DNA of 51,331 nt, from assembly GCA_944349615.1 (NCBI GenBank), contig CALVNK010000002.1, positions 1 through 51,331 on the forward strand, given 5' to 3'. The stretch comes from an uncultured Clostridia bacterium (GTDB lineage: Bacteria; Bacillota; Clostridia; Christensenellales; UBA1242). The stretch's first letter is position 1. Every line of letters begins with the position of its first letter. The position numbers and the translations under genes were made by a program. The notes beneath the pieces are model-generated. The model made no database searches, had not been told where the DNA came from, and saw only the letters and a program-made list of their open reading frames with translations. This document shows positions 19,601-29,142 of this stretch, in pieces.

Positions 19601-22600
19601 TATCTCGTAATTGATATAAATTCTACAGCCTATATTAAAAATTGGGATGCAGACACTTTTTCTCCTCAAAATGTCAGCACTTTAAGCGTACAATTTATAG
19701 ATGAAGAAGGCAAATCAATCGATGCTACATATAGAATTGCAATAAGAGATAGTGCAAATACAAAAACAACAGGCAACCCTACAGTCGACTATACAACCTA
19801 TCCATCTTCTTATATCTCTTTCAATGTATCAGCAGATGCATCAAAGGTGACCGTTAACTATATTGATAGTAATACGGGAAAGCCTAATACATTAAATGTC
19901 TCAAGCTTTGCTCATACTGGAAATCTTTATACAAAAACTAATGAAGATGATTCAATATCATATTCACATATTAAAGAAAATGAATATCAATTAGATGAAA
20001 ATTTATCCTACAAATTCTCATACCACTCACCTATCAATGCAAACAATGCTTTAAGAGTAAATTTCGTACCAGTTGCTGAAAATGGTTCTGAAGTTGACTC
20101 AATAACAATGTACTATTATGAATTTGTTAAAAAATCTGAGACTATAGATGGTAAAACTTATTGGTACTATACAATTTCAAATTCAAAAACACCTACTGAA
20201 ACTAGAGTTATATTCAAAGCAAGCGATGAAACAGTATATCAGCCAGGTCAAGAAGAGGATGCAGAAATCGCATTCGGCGATAATGATAGACCTTCTGCTG
20301 GTAGATATGTAATCGTTCGAGATTATAAAGCAAATTCAACGGTTGATAATTATGACTATTTTAGACGAACAATCACTTTCACTGTTGATACTAATGGAAT
20401 TATAACTAGACTTGAGGGAGTAAGCAACAAAGAAGGATCAGCTTCATCTCTTGAAAGTTTGGTCGGCGGTGATATCATTTTGAGTATGTATTCAAATGAT
20501 GGATATTCTTCTCTAGAGGTATCATTCCCTTCATATAACGAAGATGGACTTTCAAACGGATCCTTCTATACTCAAGGTTCATTCACCTCTGAAAAAGCAA
20601 ATGTTGCGGTTGCAGTCGAAGGAAATAAACTTCCGATGACACTCTATATTCCAAAATATAAATACACAACTACTACATATGAAAAAGAAACTGACACAAA
20701 TAGAAAATATTATGGAGTAGAAGAAAATCAAACCCTTTCTTACCACGGCAATTCACGCGTCGAAAAAGACGAGGCAGGCAGATGGAATGTTATAAGTGAA
20801 GGAGTTGTCATTCAAACTTTTGATTCGCAGGCGCAAGCAGAAAACTATTTAAACAGCAACATCTCAATCAAAGAATATGAAATCGTTGCCAACATCACGG
20901 CGGTGGCAACCGATGAAAATGGCGATGTGATAACCGATGAAAATGGCGATGCAGTGAAAAGATATTATGCTTCATCTTCTGATAATAGTAATGGATATCT
21001 TACTCTTTATGAAACAGATAGTTCATTCAACGTAAGTTCAAATAGCACACCTGTAAATTATTTCTACCTTGCAGGAATATATACAGTTGTTCTATATCAA
21101 GCACGAAACTTGGGTGAAACAGATGGCTTCTATCAGCTTTATAAATTTGCTTTCGAAATTTTAACTCAATCACCTGAATTTGATCTTATCACAAAGGATG
21201 GATATCAACTCTCACCTGCTGGCGACAGCACAGTATATTATACAAATACTGACGAGCTTCGCGTTCAATGGGAAGTGCCTACAAGCAATTATCAAGCAAG
21301 AATTGACACTAAAAATATAACAATCAACTCATCACCTTTAAGAACATATTCTGCAAATGTTGTTACTGAAGGCACTATCCAGTACTTTACGATTGACACC
21401 TCATATCTTCTTGCAAATGCAAATTCCTATGTTGACATAACGTTAAGATTTGAAGGTGACCAAAGTTACTATCGATCTACAACAAAACGAATTTACTTTG
21501 ATAGATCAGCACCACTTGAGAACATTCAATCTTTAATGAGTAAGACTGAAACTGCTACTGATCAAGCATTTACATTAAACTATCAACAAGTCTACATGAG
21601 AAGATATGCAAATCAGGATAATACCGAGCAGACAGTAGCATCTACTGACCAACTATCGACTATGAGTTATTCATACTCAATAGCAACAGGCGACTTTAGA
21701 TATTTCTCATACAATGTGGATATGTCATTCTTTAATTCAACACTCGCAAGCACTCTTATTAATGCAAGTACAAATCGTTACGGAACGCAATATATCTACT
21801 ATAAGACCATTCCTTCAATTGACTCGTACACGCAAGTAGATAAATCATCATTCTCTCAAAGTACTTATAAAGAGATTACCGTAAATGGAGCTAGTAACTT
21901 GTATTCAGGTTATTATGAAATCGTGGAAAGAGACTATGCGGGAAATATGACGGTATATGTTGTTTACCTAATACAAGGAGATGTTGAGACCGATCCAAAT
22001 GTAGACTCCAATGCAATCTCTTATATCAATAACAATAATACTGAAAACATTTCTATTGATTCAAGTGAAATTACAAACGGAATGAATATATATTCAAATT
22101 CTGGCTTTGAAATAACAAATTACAATTACATGTCTGATCCTTGGGCTATGATCTATGTTAGACAAAGCGGATCTTCACTTGTAAAATATATGAAATCTCC
22201 TTGGCTTGAAGAAAATCGTATTTGGAGAATAACTTTCTCTGGAAGTGGTGTATCACTTACTGAAACATCAATTAATGAAATCATGCAAAGCGTTCAGTCG
22301 TCATCTAACAAGCATCAACTCATGTTTGTAAATAGAGCAGATGGTGTATTTAATACCGTTTACCTTACCATAATGGATGCTTCTATATCTGCACAAAAGA
22401 TTGAAGATCCAAATCACACATCAGCAATACTTAATATAAATGTACCAACTCAAGCTCAATATGCTTCAACTGAAACAGCTTATGTATTCCCTACAAAGAT
22501 TACAATCTTGCAATTTACTACGACTGGTTCTAACCCTAACGATTGGAATACAATCTACATAGCAAATCAAGATCCTTATGGCACATGGACTGCTGATAAT

Positions 22601-25204
22601 CGTTATGAAAGTGCATCATCGTATATATCATTCACTACCCTTTCTTCTGGAACGATCTTGCAAATTAGAGTAAACCTTGGCGCAAACTCATCATCTAAAA
22701 TAAGATATGAGATTGTTGATAACTTTGGCAATAAGACAGTTATCATCCAACTTGCGAATGAAATATCATTCAACGAAATCGTTGGCACATCAACTGTCTA
22801 TACTTACACCGAGAGCAATGGCGATACTACATATCTTTCAGACCAAAGCATTATGTTTCAATATAACAATTTACTTTACAGTGTCAAAATTATGAATGGA
22901 GATGGAACAGATATCACTAACACTCTTCCACCGCCTCAAAGTCAAGGAAACAATATATATTCTTATACATTCTCACCTTCTACTTCGACCAACTGGGACA
23001 ATTATTTCAAGGTTGAAATTTCAGATATTGAGAGAGGAGAATGGATTAGAACAATCCATGTTAGGCTCTATTATAAACTTCCATACTTTGCGACAAGTTT
23101 AACTGAAGTTTCATCTGGCGGAATAGTATTCCAAGATAAAGACGGAAAGCCAATTACAAATTATGCTCAAACAACTAATGAAACAGTATATTTTGAAGGT
23201 AGACCATATACTACAACAGGATATTCAATCACAACCTACTCACAAGATGTAACTATGTTCTTTAGAGATGGTCAATCACTCAATTATATCGGACAATATA
23301 ATTATCGACTTGAATATAAATATAGTTTATATCTATCGCGTGATAATGGACAGACCTGGGAAAGCATAAACTCTTCATCATCTGCAACAAGTGGCGTAAG
23401 AATTTCAGGTACAGGGAATTATATCATCTTTGCTAAATATGATGATGAAAATATCTTTACTAACCTATCCAAAATCTATAGAGTTGAAATACTTGATACT
23501 GAATCTTCATTCTACTATATAACACTCGATGGTTTAAATGTCGAAAAGAGCGATATAAGATATGTGGATGCAAACGGAAAAGAGTATGGTTCAACCTATC
23601 TTGTTAGATTAAATCATAATGAAATTAATCATGACGATTTGATTGTCTATGAAGGTGAAGATGATGGTACAACTATTGTTTCAAGACTTCGTATCATTTT
23701 AAATCCCGAACTGAATGTAGATTGCGAATTGAAACCTTGCATTCCTGAAGAAAACGAAGCATTTGTTGATGTTTTCCACTACACTGCTGAAAATGATGAC
23801 GGACAAATCATCTCTCAGGGCGACTTTGCAATCATCTATATACGAGAAAGTAGCGACTTTGTAAGCCTACTCACCTATGAAACTCCCTATGGCACAACAG
23901 GCTCAATGAAATCAAGTTCATCTGTTACAGTTGTCGTAGATAATTCTGCTCAAAGCAGTCAAATGAGAATTAATTACTCATCTATAAACGGAATTGATGC
24001 AAATAGAATCAATATTGAAGTATTAAAATACTTTAATGGTGAATATGTAGAAATATATCCTACTGTTTATAGTAGTGGTGATACTTCTTACATATATCTT
24101 GAAAGAGCAGGCTCTTATAGAATAAAACTCTATGACTCATGTACCCCTGCCAATGTACAACTATTTAGAAATGGCGAATATTTGGATATTATTTTACTAA
24201 ACTCAATACCATTCACTGTATCGCATACAGAAACGACAACAGACGGCAGTGAAACAGTAGAAGAAACAGTTGTGACTGAGAAAATTCAAAATGCTATTTA
24301 TAATAATGCTGTAACAATTTCGCTTTACAACCTTTCAACTTATTATCAAGCAGGCGGATATCCTGTAATAAGCGTACAACGAAATGGATATGATTATACA
24401 AATTATACAAGCAGAAATTATACATATACATTCTCGGAACCAGGTTATTATTCGGTTAAATTCACCGCAACTTCAAGGACAACAAGTTCTGATGGAAGTC
24501 AAGAAACCTTACCTCAAATTAGAGAAGAAGTTTATAACTTTACCATTCTCAATCCAAACGAATCTAGATATGCATTCGAATATACCGAGTATCAAAACTA
24601 TTACATCTCAAGGATATTGAAAAATGGTATAGATATTACTGACGAACTTGCTGAAATTTCAAATTTCTCGACAGTTGTTATCGATGGCAGAACATATTTG
24701 ACAGAACTGAATGTAAACTACCTTGATAAAAAGACAGGAAGCGGTCGATATGAAATTACCGTTAATACCAACCAATCGCAATTTACTAACTTAATCGGCG
24801 AAGAATTCTCTTTCGCATTCTGGATTAATACCGCAACTCCTCCACTATCAATTTCGGTGGCTGAAGGCGAAAGCACAACTTCAAATATAACTATTTCCTT
24901 CAATACTCAAAATCTCTATGACGCAATGGGAGATTGTTACATACAGGTTGGCTCGCAAAGAGTTGAAATATCACAATCTACTCTGCCTACACTTTCAGTA
25001 GGCTATACAATCACAATTTCCGAAACAGGAACATATTATGTGCAAGTCTATTCAATGAGCGGATACTTGCTTTACTCATATAAAGTACAAAAAACCGCAC
25101 CATTAAACGCATTTGCTATAATTGCAATCGTACTCGGAGTCATCGCAGCAATAGTTATTGTGATAATTACAATCAGACTAAGAAAACGCCAAAAAGTTAA
25201 GTAA
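16613..25204 (+). CDS. Giant (2863 aa) membrane-anchored cell-surface protein, beta-rich, adhesin-like
   Basis: Start at ATG 16613 (MVRVRKIFYSILISLIAFGFLSLAFF, a signal/anchor) behind AAAGGGG. The C-terminus is a TM helix FAIIAIVLGVIAAIVIVIITI plus the stop-transfer RLRKRQKVK, with no LPxTG. Composition is rich in S/T/N/Y. Recurrent D-x-AGN/D-N-F-GN strand motifs (YDQAGNSSFEIYMIDNSEP, RDYAGNMTVYVVYL, VDNFGNKTVIIQL) are typical of Ig-like/HYR-type surface domains. Confidence 0.8.
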   Translation: MVRVRKIFYSILISLIAFGFLSLAFFTPKSNDILSSNADVTYDQITNSYPDYLKIKTSETSGTEVGQVGNEIFLMRANSSISPTIGTDIIEQGSSNANYAYYPDEEGNPKQYYYFTFQNSLSLYYNLTASDIQNGQTGTNLLTQISNGAGGYEENRITYYTFTHENPFVPPNLSITPQRLDIDFKLNTRESAITRSNNNTVTLYQEGCYTLAIDVNYFYTSNGGVSYTNSAQTIYFTFLIFNTDTYFNDAGMPHLAMSSNMQESTVSSDTYSRYYFANYNYEKNTQNDTTTITNFSFDPDKYQININYTDLNSNVKRATIVYTNGEFVQYDENNAVISEDDYFVFTDVDINDEDQSKTGYIFFTDLGSYDISIQYLYKTQGLNGEQIYELPFTELSGDSAINSKRQRIYIYGYQAVFSDYSNLDPATNQPASVELKTYNFENGTFSDSADITGEVNTYIAEHGSSTSKIESTASSTAYDVDDIKDYALNRINQAGSTLSPVSTNQTPIKFLTNATNYVTDTNASSTIFKLSYDTTDSRWEVDSSSDFEGFNQNSAGTYLYVIQYTYDYYMSTSGTLQGSYYHYQIFFFTVTNTMPSVTVVDDENFEQIYTSGYTNKGVYILDDSMNNIYDAEVEITLSAQNYNAGSNVYFFQDENILDLQSYGIYYEKFKNVNDVVNGKYGIYIPKNASFANAEFTIKIYSANTDKPSTRTFTIDTSPISELRATNVEFSSGNSYRILDNLSSYITNQSITMSWAEKASGATTYGYVKYIPLKTINYYSSQSSITTISSLLDFWLNYNSSNPSAQVQATLPVSYKLDIEEGASQSWIEYPNSRSYSSFVTSSYVKSEAGIYILEVYDQAGNSSFEIYMIDNSEPVFVQRTVSLDFTRLALMVNNTSISIPEADPITGQISTQITIEWAKHKAIYLDNLTTSNLKNYEPYEYTIGPAQAQQNLTAKLQEFFNFDNQKIINVNDVPAQAVTEEIDGSLTTGIDDYDGYYLVIDINSTAYIKNWDADTFSPQNVSTLSVQFIDEEGKSIDATYRIAIRDSANTKTTGNPTVDYTTYPSSYISFNVSADASKVTVNYIDSNTGKPNTLNVSSFAHTGNLYTKTNEDDSISYSHIKENEYQLDENLSYKFSYHSPINANNALRVNFVPVAENGSEVDSITMYYYEFVKKSETIDGKTYWYYTISNSKTPTETRVIFKASDETVYQPGQEEDAEIAFGDNDRPSAGRYVIVRDYKANSTVDNYDYFRRTITFTVDTNGIITRLEGVSNKEGSASSLESLVGGDIILSMYSNDGYSSLEVSFPSYNEDGLSNGSFYTQGSFTSEKANVAVAVEGNKLPMTLYIPKYKYTTTTYEKETDTNRKYYGVEENQTLSYHGNSRVEKDEAGRWNVISEGVVIQTFDSQAQAENYLNSNISIKEYEIVANITAVATDENGDVITDENGDAVKRYYASSSDNSNGYLTLYETDSSFNVSSNSTPVNYFYLAGIYTVVLYQARNLGETDGFYQLYKFAFEILTQSPEFDLITKDGYQLSPAGDSTVYYTNTDELRVQWEVPTSNYQARIDTKNITINSSPLRTYSANVVTEGTIQYFTIDTSYLLANANSYVDITLRFEGDQSYYRSTTKRIYFDRSAPLENIQSLMSKTETATDQAFTLNYQQVYMRRYANQDNTEQTVASTDQLSTMSYSYSIATGDFRYFSYNVDMSFFNSTLASTLINASTNRYGTQYIYYKTIPSIDSYTQVDKSSFSQSTYKEITVNGASNLYSGYYEIVERDYAGNMTVYVVYLIQGDVETDPNVDSNAISYINNNNTENISIDSSEITNGMNIYSNSGFEITNYNYMSDPWAMIYVRQSGSSLVKYMKSPWLEENRIWRITFSGSGVSLTETSINEIMQSVQSSSNKHQLMFVNRADGVFNTVYLTIMDASISAQKIEDPNHTSAILNINVPTQAQYASTETAYVFPTKITILQFTTTGSNPNDWNTIYIANQDPYGTWTADNRYESASSYISFTTLSSGTILQIRVNLGANSSSKIRYEIVDNFGNKTVIIQLANEISFNEIVGTSTVYTYTESNGDTTYLSDQSIMFQYNNLLYSVKIMNGDGTDITNTLPPPQSQGNNIYSYTFSPSTSTNWDNYFKVEISDIERGEWIRTIHVRLYYKLPYFATSLTEVSSGGIVFQDKDGKPITNYAQTTNETVYFEGRPYTTTGYSITTYSQDVTMFFRDGQSLNYIGQYNYRLEYKYSLYLSRDNGQTWESINSSSSATSGVRISGTGNYIIFAKYDDENIFTNLSKIYRVEILDTESSFYYITLDGLNVEKSDIRYVDANGKEYGSTYLVRLNHNEINHDDLIVYEGEDDGTTIVSRLRIILNPELNVDCELKPCIPEENEAFVDVFHYTAENDDGQIISQGDFAIIYIRESSDFVSLLTYETPYGTTGSMKSSSSVTVVVDNSAQSSQMRINYSSINGIDANRINIEVLKYFNGEYVEIYPTVYSSGDTSYIYLERAGSYRIKLYDSCTPANVQLFRNGEYLDIILLNSIPFTVSHTETTTDGSETVEETVVTEKIQNAIYNNAVTISLYNLSTYYQAGGYPVISVQRNGYDYTNYTSRNYTYTFSEPGYYSVKFTATSRTTSSDGSQETLPQIREEVYNFTILNPNESRYAFEYTEYQNYYISRILKNGIDITDELAEISNFSTVVIDGRTYLTELNVNYLDKKTGSGRYEITVNTNQSQFTNLIGEEFSFAFWINTATPPLSISVAEGESTTSNITISFNTQNLYDAMGDCYIQVGSQRVEISQSTLPTLSVGYTITISETGTYYVQVYSMSGYLLYSYKVQKTAPLNAFAIIAIVLGVIAAIVIVIITIRLRKRQKVK

Positions 25205-25213
25205 AGTCAAAAA

Positions 25214-25246
25214 AGAGATAAATTTCAAAAATTTATCTCTTTTTTA
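25214..25246 (+). terminator. Rho-independent terminator
   Basis: AGAGATAAATTT-CAA-AAATTTATCTCT followed by TTTTT, 10 nt after the stop. Confidence 0.8.
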
Positions 25247-25406
25247 AATAACTAAAAAGCATCAAAAATCAATAGCGAAACTTGATCTTAACCAAATTAT
25301 ATTATAGGTACAATTAACAAAATATCATTTTTATAATGGATAATAATCCTTTTTTTTCTATTGACAATTTTTCGTTGTTTTTATATAATAAAAATGGAGA
25401 TGAAAG

Positions 25407-26951
25407 ATGTTTTTAGAATTTAGTGAAATAAAAAAGTTTAAAACTATAGCAGATTTTGATCAATATAAAAGTAAACTTTATGATGCAAAAAGTGAAGAAC
25501 TCCAAAAAGATATGAATGACACGAAAAATGTGCCACCTTATGCATTAAAAAAATATAGTGAACTTTCTGATGACGAAAAAAGCCAAATGTGCAGATCTTA
25601 TTATACTAACAAACTATATAATATTTATCTTGTAATGGCCTTTCAAAAGGGAGATGAAAAGAACTTAAAAACAATGGAAAAAGAATTCTCGAGGAAAAGT
25701 CAACAGAAATATTTTAGCGAGGAGGAAAGCAGAAATATCCACAAAGAATACCAAGAGGATCACCTTCGTAACTTAAAACAATGGAAAAGTGAATTAAATA
25801 CTTACTTAAATAACATTAGAATTACAATAAAAAGATCAGAACTAAATAAAGAAAACTTAATTTTACTAAAAGAATTTTGCGAAACATTGTTAGATAAGGG
25901 CGAACAGATTTCTATCTATGTACACGATAAACAGCAACAAAACGATGACAGTATAGACTACCTTTACTCTAATCAACAAATAAATCAAATTATCGAACTT
26001 AATAACGATTTATTGAATAAAGGAATGCAAAATCAAATTAGATTCTTCGAAAATCATTTAATCTATTCGGAAATAGATCTATATTCTTCTTGGACTCTAG
26101 ATGATGTTGTTAATGCCAATAAAAATATTGACTCAGTCGTCGATCATATTAAACAAAACAACTATTCACCTTATGAAGCAATGACATATATACACATGTA
26201 TGTAACAAAAAACTTTGAATATAATGACGGCACTCTGGAAGCTTGTCGATCTATTGTTGGAGCATATAAAGGAACTATTGTTTGTGCTGGATATGCTACT
26301 TTAGTTAAGGCAATAGTCGATAAATTGAATGATCCAAATTTACAATGTGACATTTTAGGATGTAATTTCTATAAAAAACAACTATTTGGATATAAAAATA
26401 CTGGTGCCCACTCTCACAATTTAATACACATAAATGACGAAAAATATGGTATCAAAGGACATTACATGGAAGATACCTGTTGGGATGCCAAAAATGACTA
26501 CTATCCTGATGGAAAAGGATTTGCATATTTTATGTATCCTGTATCAGACCTTGAATATTTTAACGGGCTAGTTTATCAACAACAATTTAGTGATTATTTA
26601 TACGACAATATCTTTTTTGATACCCGGGTTTTTGATAAAGGGTTTGAAAATAAACGTGACAAATTTAAGCCTAAAACACCTGAAGTTATAGAAAGATATG
26701 CGCAGGAAAGCAAGGCAATCCCATTAGACACCTTAGAACAGGCAGTTTTTACAGTTTATCAAAGTGTAGAAAAAGATAAGAGCTTAACTGAACAAAAAAT
26801 AGAGGAAAAAATGAAATCATCTACAGAAATAGCAAAGAGATCTTTTACTAATAAGGCACAATCCTGCTTAGTGACTAATAGTAAATATAAAATAAGGCGA
26901 ATAAATAAGAAACCTATTAGTTTGGCTGAAAATGATGGCAGATTAATATAA
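25407..26951 (+). CDS. Transglutaminase-like (papain-fold Cys-His-Asp) domain protein with helical N-terminal half
   Basis: RBS AATGGAGATGAAAG. In the C-terminal half, EAMTYIHMYVTKNFEY, GTIVCAGYATLVKAIV, GAHSHNLIHI and YMEDTCWD match the order and spacing of the transglutaminase-core Cys, His and Asp. Confidence 0.55.
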   Translation: MFLEFSEIKKFKTIADFDQYKSKLYDAKSEELQKDMNDTKNVPPYALKKYSELSDDEKSQMCRSYYTNKLYNIYLVMAFQKGDEKNLKTMEKEFSRKSQQKYFSEEESRNIHKEYQEDHLRNLKQWKSELNTYLNNIRITIKRSELNKENLILLKEFCETLLDKGEQISIYVHDKQQQNDDSIDYLYSNQQINQIIELNNDLLNKGMQNQIRFFENHLIYSEIDLYSSWTLDDVVNANKNIDSVVDHIKQNNYSPYEAMTYIHMYVTKNFEYNDGTLEACRSIVGAYKGTIVCAGYATLVKAIVDKLNDPNLQCDILGCNFYKKQLFGYKNTGAHSHNLIHINDEKYGIKGHYMEDTCWDAKNDYYPDGKGFAYFMYPVSDLEYFNGLVYQQQFSDYLYDNIFFDTRVFDKGFENKRDKFKPKTPEVIERYAQESKAIPLDTLEQAVFTVYQSVEKDKSLTEQKIEEKMKSSTEIAKRSFTNKAQSCLVTNSKYKIRRINKKPISLAENDGRLI

Positions 26952-26956
26952 AACAA

Positions 26957-26986
26957 AAAACAGGATCTGAAAATCCTGTTTTTATT
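26957..26986. terminator. Bidirectional rho-independent terminator
   Basis: AAAAACAGGAT-CTGAAA-ATCCTGTTTTT between the convergent 514-aa gene and rplA. Confidence 0.75.
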
Positions 26987-26996
26987 AATATCATCA

Positions 26997-27677
26997 TTAA
27001 ACAACAGTGTGAACTTTGATTCCAGGTCCCATAGTTGAAGCAATGGTAATATTTTTGAAATATTGTCCCTTTGCAGCTGCTGGCTTTGCTTTTTGAAGAG
27101 CTTCAATAACTGTGTTGTAGTTGTCGATAAGCTTTTCTTTTCCAAAACTTACTTTTCCAAGTATTACATGGATATTGTTTGTCTTGTCAAGTCTGTATTC
27201 AACTTTACCAGCCTTAGCATCTTTGATTGCCTTAACTACATCCATAGTAACTGTTCCGCTCTTTGGATTTGGCATAAGACCTTTAGGTCCGAGTACTCTA
27301 GCAACGCGTCCAACGATACCCATCATGTCAGGTGTTGTGATACATACATCAAAATCAAGCCATCCGCCTTGGATCTTTGCAACAATCTCTTCACCGCCGA
27401 CATAATCAGCACCTGCTTTGACTGCGTCGTCTGCTTTATCACCTTTCGCGATAACTAAAACTCTTAAGTCCTTACCTGTTCCATGTGGAAGAATACATAC
27501 ACCTCTTACTTGTTGGTCAGCATTTTTTCCATCAACGCCAAGTCTAACATGAAGTTCAACTGTTTCATCAAATTTTGCTTTTGGCAATGCAAGGAGTGCA
27601 TCTACTGCATCGACAATATCGAAAGATTTTTGTCTAACTTGCTCGGATGCTTGTCTATATTTCTTACTTACTTTCAT
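26997..27677 (-). CDS. rplA: 50S ribosomal protein L1
   Basis: 226 aa. [36 protein letters not shown]-type motifs (here [14 protein letters not shown]). RBS AAGGAGGAA. Confidence 0.97.
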   Translation of the reverse strand: MKVSKKYRQASEQVRQKSFDIVDAVDALLALPKAKFDETVELHVRLGVDGKNADQQVRGVCILPHGTGKDLRVLVIAKGDKADDAVKAGADYVGGEEIVAKIQGGWLDFDVCITTPDMMGIVGRVARVLGPKGLMPNPKSGTVTMDVVKAIKDAKAGKVEYRLDKTNNIHVILGKVSFGKEKLIDNYNTVIEALQKAKPAAAKGQYFKNITIASTMGPGIKVHTVV

Positions 27678-27688
27678 AGCATTCCTCC

Positions 27689-28120
27689 TTACTCATCAAC
27701 CACAGTCACACCCATGCTTCTTGCAGCACCGGCAATCATACTCATTGCTGATTCAACGCTTGTGCAGTTGAGATCTGGCATTTTTTGCTCTGCAATTTGT
27801 CTGATTTGTTCTTTTGTGATTTTTCCGACTTTTGTTTTGTTTGGTACGCTTGACCCCTTATCGAGTCCTATTGCCTTTTTAATAAGGACTGCTGCTGGTG
27901 GAGTCTTAAGTACAAATGAGAAACTTCTATCTGCATAGATAGTAACAACTACAGGTATAACAAGTCCTGCTTGAGATGCTGTTTTCTCATTGAATTCCTT
28001 TGTAAAGCCAGCGATATTGATACCATGAGGTCCAAGAGAAGAACCTACTGGTGGTCCCGGAGTGGCTTTACCTGCTTCGAGTTGTAATTTTACAACTGCA
28101 GTAATTTTTTTCTCTGCCAT
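27689..28120 (-). CDS. rplK: 50S ribosomal protein L11
   Basis: Start moved to ATG 28118-28120 ([26 protein letters not shown]) behind AAGGAGGGA. 143 aa. Confidence 0.97.
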   Translation of the reverse strand: MAEKKITAVVKLQLEAGKATPGPPVGSSLGPHGINIAGFTKEFNEKTASQAGLVIPVVVTIYADRSFSFVLKTPPAAVLIKKAIGLDKGSSVPNKTKVGKITKEQIRQIAEQKMPDLNCTSVESAMSMIAGAARSMGVTVVDE

Positions 28121-28395
28121 TTTTCCCTCCTTATATGTGGTTTTTTTGAGTGGTTGCAGTTCCACTCTCCCACGATTTTTGCGATAATTTAATCAAAATT
28201 CTTTCAATAATCAATAAAATCACTCAATTTTTATCGATTTTATTAATTTTTTTGTTCATTTGATCAAATTATCATGTATATTCAATGCTTTTAATAAACT
28301 CAATTTTTAAATCGAACTATATCAAGATAAAAATTTAAATGTTTATAAAAGCATGGTATACCATAATTAATGGTTTAATATTTTTCAAATGGATT

Positions 28396-29124
28396 TTATG
28401 CATTTATTTTGCGAAGTTGACTTAAATTTAGGTCAACACTTGTCTCTCGACCAAACATCTCGACATTTACAGAAGCAATACCTGTTTCAAGATTGATTGA
28501 AATGATCTGTCCGACCATTCCGTCGAGTGCACCCTCGACGATCTCAACTCTGTCACCTTCTTGAAGATCAACATCAACAGTGATTTTCTCAAGTCTAAGT
28601 TTTACAACCTCATCTTCTGTAAGCGCAAGTGGACGACCTTTAGGTCCAACAAAACCTGTAATACCGCGTGTTCTAGTTACATTATGCCAAAGGTCATCTG
28701 CATATTTCATTTTAACTAGAATGTAGCAAGGCATGGCCTTTCTTTGAACCAGTATCTTCTTGCCATTTTTCTCTTCTACCACATCTTCCATTGGAATTAC
28801 AATGTCAAAAATTCTATCCTGAAGGTTGAATTTTTCAACTACTGTTTCAAGATTGTCTTTTGCAACATTTTCATAGCCAGAGAATGTATGAAGAACATAC
28901 CATTTTGCTGGCAGTGAATCTACAAATTCACGATAACTTTGCTCGTCTTCGCTTAATTCTTTATCTGCGTCTGCAACTTGACTTTCTTCTTGTGCTGTTT
29001 CCGTTGTGTTTTCTTGAATTTGATCTGTTTCAACCTCGTTTTTATCCAAATTTTCTTTATTTTCGTCAATCTGGTCTTCGTTGCTTTGCTCAAGATAGTT
29101 TTGCGTGATTTCTTTTTCTTCCAT
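28396..29124 (-). CDS. nusG: Transcription termination/antitermination factor NusG with ~70-aa acidic N-terminal extension
   Basis: KWYVLHTFSGYENVAKDNLE (NGN domain) and C-terminal KOW (GDRVEIVEGALDGMVGQI). RBS GGGAG before the first ATG. Confidence 0.93.
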   Translation of the reverse strand: MEEKEITQNYLEQSNEDQIDENKENLDKNEVETDQIQENTTETAQEESQVADADKELSEDEQSYREFVDSLPAKWYVLHTFSGYENVAKDNLETVVEKFNLQDRIFDIVIPMEDVVEEKNGKKILVQRKAMPCYILVKMKYADDLWHNVTRTRGITGFVGPKGRPLALTEDEVVKLRLEKITVDVDLQEGDRVEIVEGALDGMVGQIISINLETGIASVNVEMFGRETSVDLNLSQLRKINA

Positions 29125-29142
29125 ATTTACTCCCGTTATCTT

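Noticed and set aside
28121-28395. An L1/L11 autoregulatory mRNA leader upstream of rplK (GTGGGAGAGTGG-AACTGCAA-CCACTC hairpin just before the RBS).
   Set aside because: The hairpin and GGGAG element are suggestive, but I cannot verify the L1-binding consensus without a covariance-model search. The rest of the spacer is featureless AT-rich DNA.
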